Assembly (NCBI GenBank): GCA_051453625.1
Contig: JBOZIK010000001.1
Span: 9,749,212 to 9,799,232, forward strand
Direction of reading: 5' to 3'
Length of the DNA: 50,021 bases
From: Welwitschia mirabilis
Taxonomy: Eukaryota
A program made the position numbers and the translations under genes. Positions 24,172 through 38,540 of the stretch are shown here, in pieces; the stretch's first letter is position 1; the number at the start of each line of letters is the position of its first letter. Below the pieces are notes generated by a model. The model made no database searches and was not told the origin of the DNA. It was given only the letters and a program-made list of their open reading frames with translations.

Positions 24172-26279
24172 ATCATAAAGAATAAAAAATGTACATCTTT
24201 AAGAGAGATTTTAAGTGCAGTCAGTTTTTTCAGGTTTATCTCTTATTAATAACCTAAATCTAGGGGATTATTAATCATTCTAGTCTAATGTATCTAAGAG
24301 AATTTCATTCACTTTGTATTATTAGAATAGGCTCATCCTATTCTAGATTTTTGGTTTAGAACTTATGTTTATCATGTAAGGAGGAGTTATCCTTCTCCTG
24401 AGGATTATTTTGACTCAGACCCATAATGATATTGCATCCTTAAGATTCTCGACCTCATCTAGTTGGGTCGACATTAGCTCCTAGAAAATATTGTTAAATA
24501 ATGACATTAGTACTAAATAAGTCTTTATGGTAAATCATCCTCCATTTTTAATATACTCTTGCTATGAAGAATAGGATCTTATGTCTAATCATGAATACTT
24601 TAATGTAGAGAGTATGTTCTTAGAATTATTATTGATTGAAGGAGTGCTCATGTTAATATTTTGAAAAGAAATACTAGGATCTAGTTTCATCTTAGTTTAG
24701 TAAAAAGGAAGTATTTACATTTATTATCTGTATACACTCAATCTAAATAAAGATAGAAGTTATCAACCCCCTTTTTTCCTAAATTACTAAGATGAAATTA
24801 GCCAGAGCGAGAATATGATTATAAAATAACATACATATGAACAAATAAGACTATGAAAATGTGGAAAGTACTAGTGAAACTAAGGTAGGTAGGTTGGTGA
24901 AGAATGATGGATTAATAGAAAAATAATAACTCATGGTAGTGTAACTATTACGATACTAAGTATTTACCATTTTGTGGTTAAGATGATTAGAATGAATAGT
25001 ATCAAAAGATAAATTAATAAATTCATGTCATTAATAAAAAGTACAGATACTCTAATTAGTTAATTCCTTAATGTTGACAAAGTTGACTTATAAGTGAACA
25101 AATTTAGTCAGTAGGATAAGTGACTATGATGAATCTTCATACTATTTTAGAAGCACAATAGAAAAACTTGGTATTTCCTCCTTACATTTACCCCTCAGTT
25201 CCTTTGATATCCATTAAAGTTATACTAAAATTTCCAAAGTATGGATTTTAACCAGAAACTATGAAGTGTAATGTAGATCATTGTAGCATAATATCCTAGG
25301 AAATAAAAGGCTAGATAAAATGAAATGGAATGTTAAACCAATTTGGTATAGAATAAAAGTATTATTTAACTATAATAGCTAACTTTAATCATAATGAGAA
25401 TAGTATAGCTACTATCAAAGGAGTAAGGAAATATAAGAAGAGTCTAGGTCATGGAAATTGACCCCTTAGCAAAGTTCTCATAGCTACCATATTGCCTTGT
25501 CATAGGTCCCTGTCTGGCATATTTACCCAGGCGCACTTATGGTAGAACATTATGATTTTCTTCTTCTCGGCNNNNNNNNNNNNNNNNNNNNNNNNNNNNN
25601 NNNNNNNNNNNNNNNNNNNNNNNNNNNNNNNNNNNNNNNNNNNNNNNNNNNNNNNNNNNNNNNNNNNNNNNTCTTCTTCTCCTCCTTCCCCCCACCCCCC
25701 TCCCCCCCCGTCCCTCCCCCCCCACCCGCCTGACCTCTCTCTTTCACTTTTTCTTTTTCTCTCTTTGTCTTTTATATATATAAAACTAATAATATAATAC
25801 ATAACTTTCATACATGTGATTTAGACTATGTAGCATAATGAAAAATCATAAGTGATAAAGTGGAAAAACATCGATTAAGTTAGTTACTTAAGATGTGACA
25901 TGCACCAACATTAAATTTGTTATTAAATGGACTAACTATCTTTCTATATAATTTCATACATTTTCATAATTAAAAAATATCATACTCTTTGGACTAAGCA
26001 TATAACACAAGTAGGAGAATATTATGAAAATTTATATCTATATATCTAAGAATTTTAAATGATAGCAAAATGAATGCATAGCTAGTATGGATTAGAAAAT
26101 GGTGACATGGGAATGAAGAACCTTTAATGAAATGGATTTAGACATGAAAATTTTAACATCAAGTTCATAAGATTTTTCAAGAATTAAATAAAGATATTTT
26201 GGCTTATTCTTAAGATATAGTTTTAACAATTTTTCATTTTTACTGAATTTTCTATCATAAATTATGTTCTTAATAAGTG

Positions 26280-29200
26280 CACTTCCATTTTAATTTGCTT
26301 TAGACAACTTTAAAGGTCCTTCCCACTTCGTGATTAGTTTTCTAGAAAACTTATGTAATCTCGTGTTGCACAATAGAACTTTTTCAAAGTATTTCATCAA
26401 ATCTTCTTATTATGATGATACTTCAATTTCTTCTTCATTATGAATTATCAATTTAGTACATGATATCTTATTTGATCTAATTCTTTTAGTTGCAAGACCT
26501 TTTTGGAATGTTTTCTTCATTATTGAGATTAAACTTATGCATCAATTTCTAAGACTTATGTTGGATATATACTAGAAGTAAGCATTATTTTCTATAAACT
26601 AGTTGATATGGTTTAAAATGCAAAGAACTACTCTACGTTTTTCTATATGTCCATAATACATCATTTATTTTATTATACCACGCTTTACTAGAATTAGTTA
26701 TTTTGACTAGGATTCTTTTGATTTTCTTAGTGAGATTTTTAACTTGGTAATTTATTTGAGGATGATATATAATTGCAGCTTTATGAAGAATTCCTACTAA
26801 TTTCATGAGCTTCTTTATTCTTTGGCTAACAAAGTGAGTACCTTAGGTACTAATGAGCACATGTGAATGTTCAAAGCATTGTAAGATATGTTCCTTAAAA
26901 CTTAACAATTGTTTTAATGTTATTTGTTTTATTTTCTTTCTCTTCTACCCATTTTGTGATGTAATCAACTCATAGAATAATGTACTAATATCCCTATAAC
27001 TCTAGAAACAATCTAATAAAATCAAGTTCCTAAATGTAAAATGGTTTACATTCTAAGATTGGATTCAAAGACATCTCATCTCTTTGTGATAATTCCCCTA
27101 TTTATTAGTAGGATTACATTTTAAGACATATTTCCAAGAGTTTTAAAATAATGTTGTCCAATAAAATCCACTTTGTAAAATCTTTTACATTTTCTCTATA
27201 TTGAAATAACCTGCAAATATTATGAAGACACATTTTAATATTTAGATTTTTTTCCATTCTAGAATACATCAATGTGTAATTTCATCCTTGTAAACCTAAT
27301 ATAAAAATATTTTATTAAATTTAATTTGGAATTTATTCAAAAAGGGTCATCTATATTCACTTGATCAGTCTCATGAAACATGAAGAGTAGATAGATAATT
27401 TTTGATATCTATGTACCATGCATCCTAAGTGTAAGGGTTAAATTATACTATGAACAAATTATCATTAGGGAATCTATCATCAAATGTAGCTTTAATTTGG
27501 AATTGCTCAAATATTTCTAGATTTTAAACATGATCAGTGATGATATTTCATGCCCTTATTTATCTCAAATGTTTAAACCAAACTCTTGCATCAATAATCA
27601 CCAACATATGATACAAAAATTATCAATTTGCTAAGTTTATAAACACTTGATAACTAAATGATCCATATAGACTCAACTTTTAAAACCTATAATGTCATAT
27701 CTAAACTTATCAAGTTTATAATAGCTTCTAGAAATTATTTTTTAGTTTTCATGTAATTAGGTTGAACTAGAATAAGGATTTTTGAAATATAATGGATGAC
27801 ATGTAGCTTGTTCTTAGTGTATTAATCTAAGGCTATATTAATTATAGTGTTACTCACATTACATATAATGTCAAAAGGGTATTACTAATTAGGTGCACTA
27901 ATAATAGATACATTAGTGACTTTTTCTTTAGAACCTTAAAGGCTTCTTCAAAAGCATCAATTTTTTCAGTAGTTCATATAAGGGCTTCACAATTTTTGAA
28001 ATATATTTAATCAAATGTTGATAGTATCTAGTGTGACCTTGAAAATCTCTTAATGTTTTGAGATTAATTGGATAATAAGAATTTGATTACTTTGATTTTC
28101 TTGGGATCCATAGTTATTTTGGTTTATGACAAAACATGTCTTAAGGCAATTTCAGTTTTAACCATGAAAAGACTTTTATCTCAACTTAATTTTATGTCTT
28201 TTTTGATGCATTTATATAAAATGTTTTGGATATATTTAAAGATTTGATTAAAGAAGTCATTATATATTAAAAATTCATCCATGAAGATTTTTATAAATTC
28301 TTCTAATATATCAGAAAAGATAGACATCATGGTACTTTGGAAAGTAGCTGATACGTTACACAATTCAAAAGACATTATTTAGTAGGTAAATGTTTCAAAT
28401 AGTGAATTGAAGGTTATTATATGTTAATCTTTAAGTACTAGGAAATCTAGTTATACCAACTCAATCAATCCAAGAAATAATATTACTCATGTCCTAAGAG
28501 TTTTTTAAGAATATGGTCAATGTATGCTATTACAAAGTGGTCCTTTTTTATTCATTTATTTAGCTTCTTAAAGTTAATACAAATTCACCATTTGCCATTT
28601 GTCTTTGATATAACTATAATTGGGGTTACCCACTTTTTATTTGATATAGAATAGACGATATTGTCTTTTAATTACTTATGAATCTCATCCTTAACTACAT
28701 TTCATGATGCAAAGTTCAAACATTGAGGAGGTTGTCACACTAGTGTTATAATTTTTTAAAGTAGGTTTTATACATCATAAAAGAAGGTAATATTATCCTT
28801 TAAAGATACTTGTTTAAGCATGAAAATGCTCCCTCATTTTTCCTAAGCATTTGAATTACTCATTTCTCTTTTTTAAGTTCTAGATCATTGTTAATAATCA
28901 GTGACTTAGTTTTTTCTATGTTTAGGAAAATGCTCTTTAAATTGTATGTTAGCTCCTTAAGTTCTGACACTTCTTAAAATTCATTTTGAATGATGACATC
29001 TTGATTTTTAAAGATCCAAAGAGCATTATTTGTACAATTTCCTTGGCTTTTCCATGTTGATCATCTATATCTAAATGGTGTTCATGATTATTTTCTAATA
29101 CTAATTAAAGAGGAATTTTAATAAGAATGGTCATGGTAATTATATAATGAGTTTTGATTTTTTCCTATGCTATTCTTCATTCTTCCGTTTAAATGGAGTG

Positions 29201-31340
29201 AAAATATTTATATTTATTTTCAAATTTACAAAGGTTGATTGTACTAACCTAGTATGGTAGCGAATTACAACATCTGTTGTTGCCAGCCAAGGTCTATCAA
29301 AGATAATTAGAAAAAAATTCTCTATAATACCTTAAGATTCTTTATAATAATAAGATTAAAAAATTAGTATGATATATTTGTTGTTCCACTTAAACCAATA
29401 CATTTTCAGTGATTTCCTTTAGGCTTATAATAGAACCCTTTGCTAATGAAAGAGTTATGTCAGTTTTATAAAATTCTGTTAGATCTAAAGTTTCACATAG
29501 ATGGGAAGGCATGATGTTCACACTTACATTCAACTCCAACAAAGCATGAGGCATTTTATATTCATTAATAATCACTATAATGGTTGATAATTTAGGATCC
29601 TTATACTTGGATGAAATGTTCATTTTAATTATTTTAGTTGTATTTTTAACTAAGTAAACCTGTTGAGAGATGAACTTGATTTCCCTTTTTAAACAATGAT
29701 TCTTAATGTATTTAGAGTAAAAAGGAGTATATCTGATATTTTTTATCAGAGGTGGATGTAAATTTACTTGTTCAAAGATGCAATTAATATTTTCATCATC
29801 TATAAGGTTTTCTTTCAATCTTCTTGAAAAAGGTGGTTTATGTATTGATTTATTAAGCACTTTAATTGAAAGAGGAATGGATGAATCATCTCTCTTAGGT
29901 ATTTCTATTAGTTTAGGTTTCTTTTTAGTAGTAATCTCCTTAGTTGTTTTATTGTTTATTTCTTTTAATTTTATTGACATTTTATTCTTCTTTTTTAAAG
30001 GATGTGTACTCTTTAATACTTCCAAATTCTTTTCAATTTGAGTTATAACTGATTGAGCTTTCTTATCAGTTTTATTGGTAGCATGTAATTCACCTTATAA
30101 AGGTAATCCTAATTGTTGTATTTATACAAAATCCATGAAATATTCTTCATATTTATGGTCTTTTCATTCATTAGATTCATCTGTTACTTTACATCATGAG
30201 CTATGATCTGTTATTAATAGTATTTTCTAAATCCTGAGTTTTTATTATTACCTTGGTATGACCTCATTAGAGCTTGAGGTCTATACGTATTAGATGGGTA
30301 TGATGACATTGTTAGTTAATTAGCATAGCATTACCATTATAGTCTGCGATTATTTAAAGGACTCACTTGCAAAGGTGGGTTTGAATTTGAGGAAATGGAT
30401 AGAGTATTTCCTTGGAATACTACTATCGTTCTCTTCACTGAATAAAAGTACATATTGCTAGGCTCAATAAGCTTAAACTTAATTTTTTACTTATTCACAA
30501 TGAAAGAATAACTTAGAACTTTCCATAGGCATTATACTTAGGTTAGACTAACATTGAGGTGTAATAGTTTAGATAGGTTATACCATTATACATTGAACTA
30601 TAAAAACCAATGTTTGTAATAGAAGAAAATGGTTGAGATGATAATATTATCATGAAACTCATTATTTTCTAAATCAAGTCCTCCATCCTTTTAACCATTG
30701 CTATTTTCTCTTAAACTAATGCAACTTGTTTGATTAGCTTAATTGACCATAGCTCACTTTGGTCAACTAATTCCTTTAAAACTTTGAATGCTTATTTAGG
30801 TATTTTATTTAAAATTTTCTCCCTAGATGCAAAGTATACATCTACCTTACATAGTTATCTAAGTCTTTGATAAATATCTAAAGAATTTTATGTAATGAAA
30901 ACCCATGATGAGGATTCCTTTGTTGTAACGTACATAATCTCTCATAAGCTTCTTCATAATCTTATTCTTATTTTTGTTTAAAAATAATTAATTAATTTTT
31001 TAGACTTTAGAGATTATCATCAGAAATAAATTTTCTCATGAAAGAATTTTTAAATTACTTCCAAGATATAATTGAATGTTATATAGTTTTCAACCAAACG
31101 TTGGCTTTGTCTTTTATAGCGTTCATAAAAGAAATTATTTTAGTTCTATTCATAATTGCAAGTGCTACAATAAACATGTTTTGAAATTTAACTGATGCAT
31201 CATGAGATCCTTACTATTAATTTCTTAGAATGAAGATAAGAGTTAGACATTCCAAAATTTACATCAGGTGTTAGTGGAAATACTAAGAATCCATCATATA
31301 TTTGTCCACATTAAAAGTTGAGATCCTTTAATGGTCAAAT
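26280..31340 (-). pseudogene. gag-pol: Athila gag-pol, degenerate (gag ~31340-30000, protease ~29620-29200, RT ~28750-27950, RNase H ~27870-27550, integrase ~27300-26280)
   Basis: KDKANVWLKT, NPHHGF, KYKDPK..HALLELNVSVNIMP, MSFELCNVSATFQSTMMSIFSDILEEFIKIFMDEF, ILQSGFYWTTLF, GTHF, KLITKWEGP. Confidence 0.93.
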
Positions 31341-33756
31341 AGGTTGGATTGAGTTAATTAATTTGTTATTCTAATATTTCCAAAATAAATTTTATTTTCT
31401 AAAGGACTTCTAACTTAATTTGATTTCATGATTTATGAAATTATTACTTGTCCTTATTGCAAAATAAAATTAAAATTTAGTCCTTTATATAAAGTGTTTG
31501 AAGGAATTTAATGTGTTGTGAAAATAAAACTAGAATTAGTTCAAGTAAAAGATTACATAACTTACATTAGGGGTGTATTGTTATATCCTTGTATGGTTAA
31601 TTAGAGAGTTAGATCCAATTGGATTATACTATAGAATTTGTAGAAGTTGTCATGAGTTTTATTAATGGAAATGTAGGTGTGAACACATGATCTGAAGTTT
31701 AATTTAAAGAATAAATTTTATTTTCTCTAGATTAGATAAGCTATTAACATTTGCTACTATGAATCCATGCCTTTGGCTTTTCATTGTTTACTTCTAATTT
31801 AACATTTCATCACTTAATTTAATCAAGGATGCATTTATTTCTTGCATATGATTAGTCATTAGATTTATAGGTTACCATAAGGTTATTGCCATTCCTAACT
31901 TTTTTGATTGTTTTGGTTCATAAACTTGTTTTCCTTTCCTTCTTTTTTTAGATTCATGTTCTATGTTTTTTATTATATAAGAAGATTCTTATAAAGGATA
32001 AAGTAGGAAATGTTTTAATCGGTTCTATAAAAAGTATTTTTTTTAATGTTGACATCTTAAATTTCTCCATCTAAGATTCTAGAAACACTTCTTGATTCTT
32101 GATTCATATTGCTTAAAAGGTTTTATAGATTAGACAACATTTTAGTTGGACAAAAATAGGTATTAATGAACTCTTAATTGGGTTAAACCTCATTTCAATT
32201 TAATACTTCTTAATAAATCATTATGGATTTGACTTAAAAGGACTTTCCTCCAAGTTTAGTAAATGGCCTACAACCTCTCTGAGCACTTAGGGATTGGAAG
32301 CTATATTAGGATCCTCTTCATATGGCTTGTGAAATCCTTTAGTTGGATCAAATTTGATAGGAATCTATTATTTTACTTGGAAATGATTATTGGTAAATTT
32401 TAATAAATAATTCCCTTGATCTTCTAGTTTAAAAGTGATTTTCTCAAGGCCTACTCAATTTCCAATTTAGTGTTATGGACCCACAAGTCTAATCAAAATG
32501 ATTTCTATACATAAATGTTGAAAAGTATTTCTCTCTATTGAGCTCAAAATTTGATAATGAATGTTGTAACTAATTGAAAAATAATTCCTAACCCAGTTAG
32601 ATTTATCACTAACTTTTCCTTTACCTCTATTTCATTTAAAAAGTTTAGGTGATGCTTCAATAGTTATTAATTAAAAACTAATTTTCACAATGCCTTCTAT
32701 CTTTAGGCATATAATATTAATAATTTAGATTTAAAAATGCTTGGGAGTTTATTTTCTAGAAAGGAAAATCAAGTAAAAAAGGTTAATTCTTGAACTTAAA
32801 AAATAAAACAAATTATCTTCCTCTACAAAACCAATTTCTTTGAATTCATAGAAAACTTCAAATGAAAACACAATATTCCTACTTTTTTTAGAATTATAAA
32901 TATTTTTCAACATAAATCCTTCTCTATTCATGAAAAATAGGAATGAAATATCATCAATTCTTTTAAATTCCATGATCTCCTAATCAAATAGTCTCTTTTT
33001 TTGAAGCAATATAATAATTCAAATAGTCTCTTTTTTTAAGCAATCTAATTCTTTGTTTTTCTATGAAATGTAAAGAACCTTTAAAGCATTTTTTTAGAAA
33101 TCCCCATGAATTTTGATTAAACTTTAATTTTTAAATACTTTCATAGTAAAATTAAAAAGGTTTAAGGTATTAATATAGATCCTGATGTTTGATGTAGATC
33201 TCTAGTTTCCAGGCTCTAAGCTTTTCTCCTTGAATCTTTTCCTTGATTTACTCTTTGATAGTCTTCCACATTATACCTTAAAATAAAGGAAATATATGAA
33301 CATTTTTAATGATTTTTACTTAAAGATCAGAAAATAGGTAATACATTCTAGATTTTATTTTAAAATACAAATAAATTACAATTGAAAATGGATCTAAAAG
33401 ATATTTACAAAGAACTATAATTAAAAAATGAAAAACATATTGCATAAAAAGAAAATTGAAGAGTATATTTAATAGAAAATGTGGATAATTATAACTAAGA
33501 AATTAAAAGGAAATATTAAGAAACTACCTTAAGTTAAATTAAAATGAGAAATTCGATAAGAATGTAGAAAATGAAATGCAAAAAATGAAAATTAATTACA
33601 AGAGAATGAAATAGGCATATAAGGAAAAATAACATGAAAAATAAAGTACTTATGCTATTAAAAGCAAAAAATTAGCAATATAACTTAAAAGAAAACATTA
33701 CTTAACGTATTTCAAAATTTTAAATTACTAATTCATCCCCCAAAATGATGAAAAAA

Positions 33757-35030
33757 TGATAGAGATGAGAAACTAGCTAAGCTAACCATAACCCAGCTTA
33801 TCATACCCAAGAAGATTTTGGATGCAGATTCAAGACAATAAAAACTAGGATTGAGTAATCAAGTAGATATAATTCCTTTTCAAAATTAATAATTATATAA
33901 TTTAAATTGTAATAATTATTGTTGTGAGAAAGAAAAACTAAAAAGAACTACTTAATTCTAACTTTAACTATGCATATAAATAGAAAAATGAACAATATCA
34001 ATTTAACACTACTAATAGCATATCGCCCTATTAGAAATGAATGAAATTTCAATAACATGGCTCATGAATTTATTCATAATTAATACATAAATGGACGACA
34101 TATTGCATAATTAAAAAAACATCAATTTGTACTAGAAATTATATCATGCATTAAACTAGTTATATGGATAAAAAAATATGGAATAAAAACTATGGTATTG
34201 GATGTAAATCAACTTGAAAATTCAACTGCAACTCTTAAAATTCAAATAAAAGGAAAAAAATAGATAAATAGATAAATAAAGAATTTAACTAGAGAAGCTA
34301 ATTTAAAATGATTTAAGAAGCATTTCAATAATGAAGCCCTGAATGGATTGCATGTCACAGAACCAAATGGAATACACAACATAAAAATCTTTTAAAAAAT
34401 CCTTTATTACAAAAATTAAGTATATGAAGAATTAACCAACATTTTCCCCAAAAAATTCAAAGTCTAAACCCCTTTTCAAATGAATATAGGATGTATTTAT
34501 ACTTTAATGCAATGGAAATTTTTGAAAATATTATAATAAATGCTATGGCAAACATGACATGGTTGGGAAATGGGTGGAGGATAGATTGTTTTTAAATCAA
34601 ATTAGTTCTTTGAATTATTATCATTTTTTCAAAATTTCTTGTTGTAAGCTTTGTCACTAATTTATAAGACATACTAGTTCTTCACTTCTTAATGCCTATC
34701 TATTAATGGTAGCTCAAAATCTTGTTGATAATCGCTAGGTACCTAATTTGATAATTTGATTAGAGATTGGCCTTTATCATGCTATGATAATTTCTCAACA
34801 GTTTCTTATTTTAATCTTTATTTATGACCAATAGTTAATTATGTCATAGGACTAATGCACTCTGATAAGTATTAACAACTGATTCTTCCTGATCAATTTT
34901 TACTTGTGGAATGAATTACTTCTATTGCTAGGTAATAATATTTTATTTCATCTTTTTCATATTATGATAATCTTCATAAGTTATAAAAACACATTAGATC
35001 CTATCGTAGAGCCATTATAACACATGGTCT
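33757..35030 (-). repeat. Probable 5' LTR of element B
   Basis: Abuts the decayed PBS; shares tgataga...tcatacccaagaag with the LTR edge at 44147; minus TATA (plus tatttata) at ~34494. Far end unresolved at the gap. Confidence 0.55.
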
Positions 35031-35249
35031 NNNNNNNNNNGAAAGAAATAGAGAGGGGAAAGAGGGGAAAGGTGGGGGGGAGGGGGGTGGGGGGGAGGAG
35101 GTAAATTTATAAGTGTTAGTCCTTAAGAACCAATTTAATCTCATTAATTAGATGTTCTTAGTAGAAATACTATTTAGTGTAAATAAATTTATCAAAGATA
35201 CATATTGACAAAATTATAGATTAAACATGCTATTAGATGCCGGTGTAAG

Positions 35250-36875
35250 TTTTCAGATGATGAATGCCTTTTGAAGCAAGAAAGTATTGAAAATATTTGA
35301 AGTTAAGGGATTTTGATCTTATAAAATAAACCTAATCCTATGCTAAAAGTCATCTGCAAATGATAGAAAGTAGCAATATCATTAGAGTATAGGGACTTAT
35401 ATAGGATGATATAGATCACTGTGAATGAGTATAATATTTTAATCAAGGCATCACTTACTAATGGAAAAGGACTGCCATGTTGCTTTAACCATTATACATG
35501 CTTTGCATTGAGAAAAAGAATGGAGGGTAGAAGACAATGTCCATTTTCATGCATTATAGTTAAAGAATAAGAACTAGGATTATTCAAGCAAGCATGTCAC
35601 ATTAGCAATGGAAAAAGTTCTTCTTGTGAGATATGGTAGAAAATTTTATGCATACTAATAGATCCTTAAAGATGCATTAGTTTCCCTTCAATGTATCCTT
35701 TCATGATAATGTTCTGAGTAGCACTAAAAATATCTATGAAATCCTTCATCATATAAATTAAATGATATTCTCTAAGTAATGTAAAAATAGAGAGAAGATG
35801 TAAAATTAAATATAAAACATATAGAACATGAGATAGCAGTTCCTATGAGAGAGAAGGTAATTGAAAAGAAAATAAATCATGTTCTTCTACAGTAACTGAA
35901 ACTCTATCTGCCAAGTAAATGTAACTAAGTTGTGTTATGAAATCATCAAAATAATCATGCTTATATGTCATATGTTTGTTTTCACTAGTATCTAGAATCC
36001 AGGATTCATCATGAGGTATGTTTCCATTCATACATGAAAAATCACGAATTTGAAACATGATATTTGATTTATACTATTTAGTATTGTTTTAAATAACTAG
36101 AGTCATTAGTAACTAGATTTACCTTAGGAGTGGAATTGATTTTATTTAATGTATCTAATAATAATTAGTAATATGATCTTATCTTTCATAATGTAGACAT
36201 GAATACATGTTTTTTTAAGAGTAGAATTATTCCAATATGATTTCTTCTTTGGTTGAGACTGATGATGTTGATAAGGAGGATTTGATTACTACTTTTAGGA
36301 CGATTTATCATTATTATAATATTTGATATTAAAAGGCTATTTGCTTAAAGAATTCTTATTTGGACATAATCTGTTAAATAGATGTGACACTTTGGAGGTG
36401 GCTTTAAAGGGTGAGGTGTTGGCATAATTAAACTCTACTTCATTAGTAATAATATTTTTATCGAGTGTATAAAAGCTTATTTGTGTTTGTTTCCTACTAC
36501 CATCTAGTAACATCATGTAGCTATGTATAGATGAAATCATCAAAGAACATATAACCAAGTTGACATAATATATGCAACTATGGTTATGTGGGTTAGTTCT
36601 AGTAACATTTACCTTAATATGAGGAATTTATGCAATTAGTTATTACATCTTTCCTTTCTTATAGTGCAAGTTATTCATGCTTGTTATGATATTGACACTC
36701 TCCAAGTTATGCTTTGATTTTAATGTATCCCACAATGTGATGACATTGCTACAGACGATCTTACTATGATCTACAAACTTCTCATGCTATGAAGCCATAG
36801 ATTTTCCCACTATTTTTGCCAACTTGCTATCAATAGGCTTCCAAGAATTTTCTTTCTCGAAAGGTTAAAAAGGAA
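35250..36875 (-). pseudogene. Ty1/Copia gag-protease-integrase N-terminal remnant
   Basis: ITLWDTLKSKH (gag), WILDTSENKHMT (protease), M*HACLNNPS, CKACIMVK, IHSDL, YFLSFADDF (integrase). Confidence 0.85.
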
Positions 36876-36879
36876 CATG

Positions 36880-37270
36880 CACTTTGTTGCAATACCAATT
36901 TGTTATATTTTAATAGTGTAATTGACGATGTTTTATAGGAATAAGAATTTAATTTCATCATTTTAAGGAACTTTGTTATGAAGTAATATAATAACTCAAT
37001 TATGATCTTAATTTATATATTTTCATTCATAAGAGCANNNNNNNNNNAAAGTTGAAGCAAAGATTGGAAGAAAAGCTCAAATAATTGGATGTCATTCCTT
37101 CTGTTATTCCCACGACATAGATCACAATGACACTATAACAAAGCTATTGGGCTACTAACTAGGTGATGTTGTGATGAGGCTGACTTGACAATTTGAAGTG
37201 GTTGTCATATCCTATGTCATTCACATAACACAGGGGATGACATGCCCATTATAGTTCAAATTCATATCCT
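36880..37270 (+). mobile_element. Truncated LTR fragment of the same family as 3075-4480, abutting the truncated Copia gag
   Basis: ttgttatattttaatagtgtaattgacgatgttttatagg aligns with ttgtcatgttttaatggtgtaattggcgatgttttatagg at 3092. Confidence 0.75.
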
Positions 37271-37294
37271 ATGATTTTCATTTACAAAAACATA

Positions 37295-38540
37295 AAATAG
37301 AGAAAAATATATGGCATTTAATTAAATAGATGAATTAAAAATAAATTTACATACCAAAACTTATTTTAACTCATACTTTAAACATTGTTATAATAAGATT
37401 TAATTTAGTTCTGAGTATACATGTTGGGGATCAATGTAAGCTTAGATGAGAGGGATGAATGAGTTCAACCAAATAAAATTTAGATGAATAAAAAGCACAA
37501 TGTAAAACCTTATCAAATAACATGGTTCCCCAACTTGAATATGTCCACACAGAGATGGTATCTTCTACTTACACCTCCAAATATTCTTAACCTACAAGAA
37601 ATAGTGGTTTTTTGGTGCACCACTAACATTACAAGAAATGAAAGTCTCTTACAAGGTAGCACTCTCTTGGGAATAGTAGTTTTCACAGGTGCACTATAAA
37701 CCTTTACAATAATGAGAGTCTCTTCGTAAGATATCACTCTTTCCCTACAAGGGAATAATGGTTTTCTAGCTAATCAATAACCTTACATTTAACAAATGCC
37801 TAAAAGCACAATAACCAATACACACCCCTACAAGTGTTGCCTTACAAAGTATTTGATATTTTAAGAAATGAACTCTATAATATATTCGACAATAAGATAG
37901 TCCACAATATAATACAGAAAAATATACGGTATTTAATTAAATAAATGAACTAAGAACAAATTTATGTATTAAAACTTATTTTAATTCATACCTTAAACAT
38001 TGTTATGATAAGATTTAATTTAATTTTAAGTTTACATGTTTAGGATTAATTTGAACTTAGAGAGAAGGGGTGAATGAGTTCCACCAAATAAAAATTAAAC
38101 TTAACTACAATAAAAATCACAATGAAAAACCTTACTAAATAACATGATTTACTAACTTGGGTATGTTCACACATAGAGGGTAGGTTCTACTCACACCTCC
38201 AGGTATTCTTGACTTACAAAAAATAGTGCTTTTTTGGTAAAACACCAACATTATAGCAAATGAAAGTCTCTTTGCAAGGTAATACTCTCTTCCCCTCAAG
38301 GGAATAGTGGTTTTCACAGGTGCATCATGAACCTTTACAATAATAAGAGTCTCTTTATAAGATAGCACTCTCTCCTCTATAAGAAAATAGTGGTTTTCTG
38401 AATAACCAATAACATTACATTCAAAAAGTGCCTAAAATAGCCAATGCACACCCTTATAAGTGTTGCCTTATAAAGTATTTGATATTCGAAGAAATGGACT
38501 CTATAATAGTATTCAACAATAAGATATTCCACAATATAAA
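37295..38540. repeat. Tandem duplication, period 615 bp (LTR end plus flank)
   Basis: LTR terminus tgtt at 37422 and 38037, each preceded by the same ~125-bp flank; the copies are clearly diverged. Confidence 0.9.

Larger units (their letters stand above)
24766..35030 (-). mobile_element. Athila-type Gypsy element B with complete but broken gag-pol
   Basis: gag-pro-RT-RH-IN order; decayed PBS at ~33736-33752; LTR edge tgat at 33757; candidate PPT ggaaaaaagggggt at 24779-24766. Outer limits uncertain. Confidence 0.75.

Noticed and set aside
36885..36900. gcaataccaatt-tgt as a minus-strand PBS making 36901+ the Copia 5' LTR
   Set aside because: The same bases are shared with the 3075 copy, whose TATA is on plus, and the Copia gag is cut mid-frame here, so they are more likely the start of the inserted LTR.
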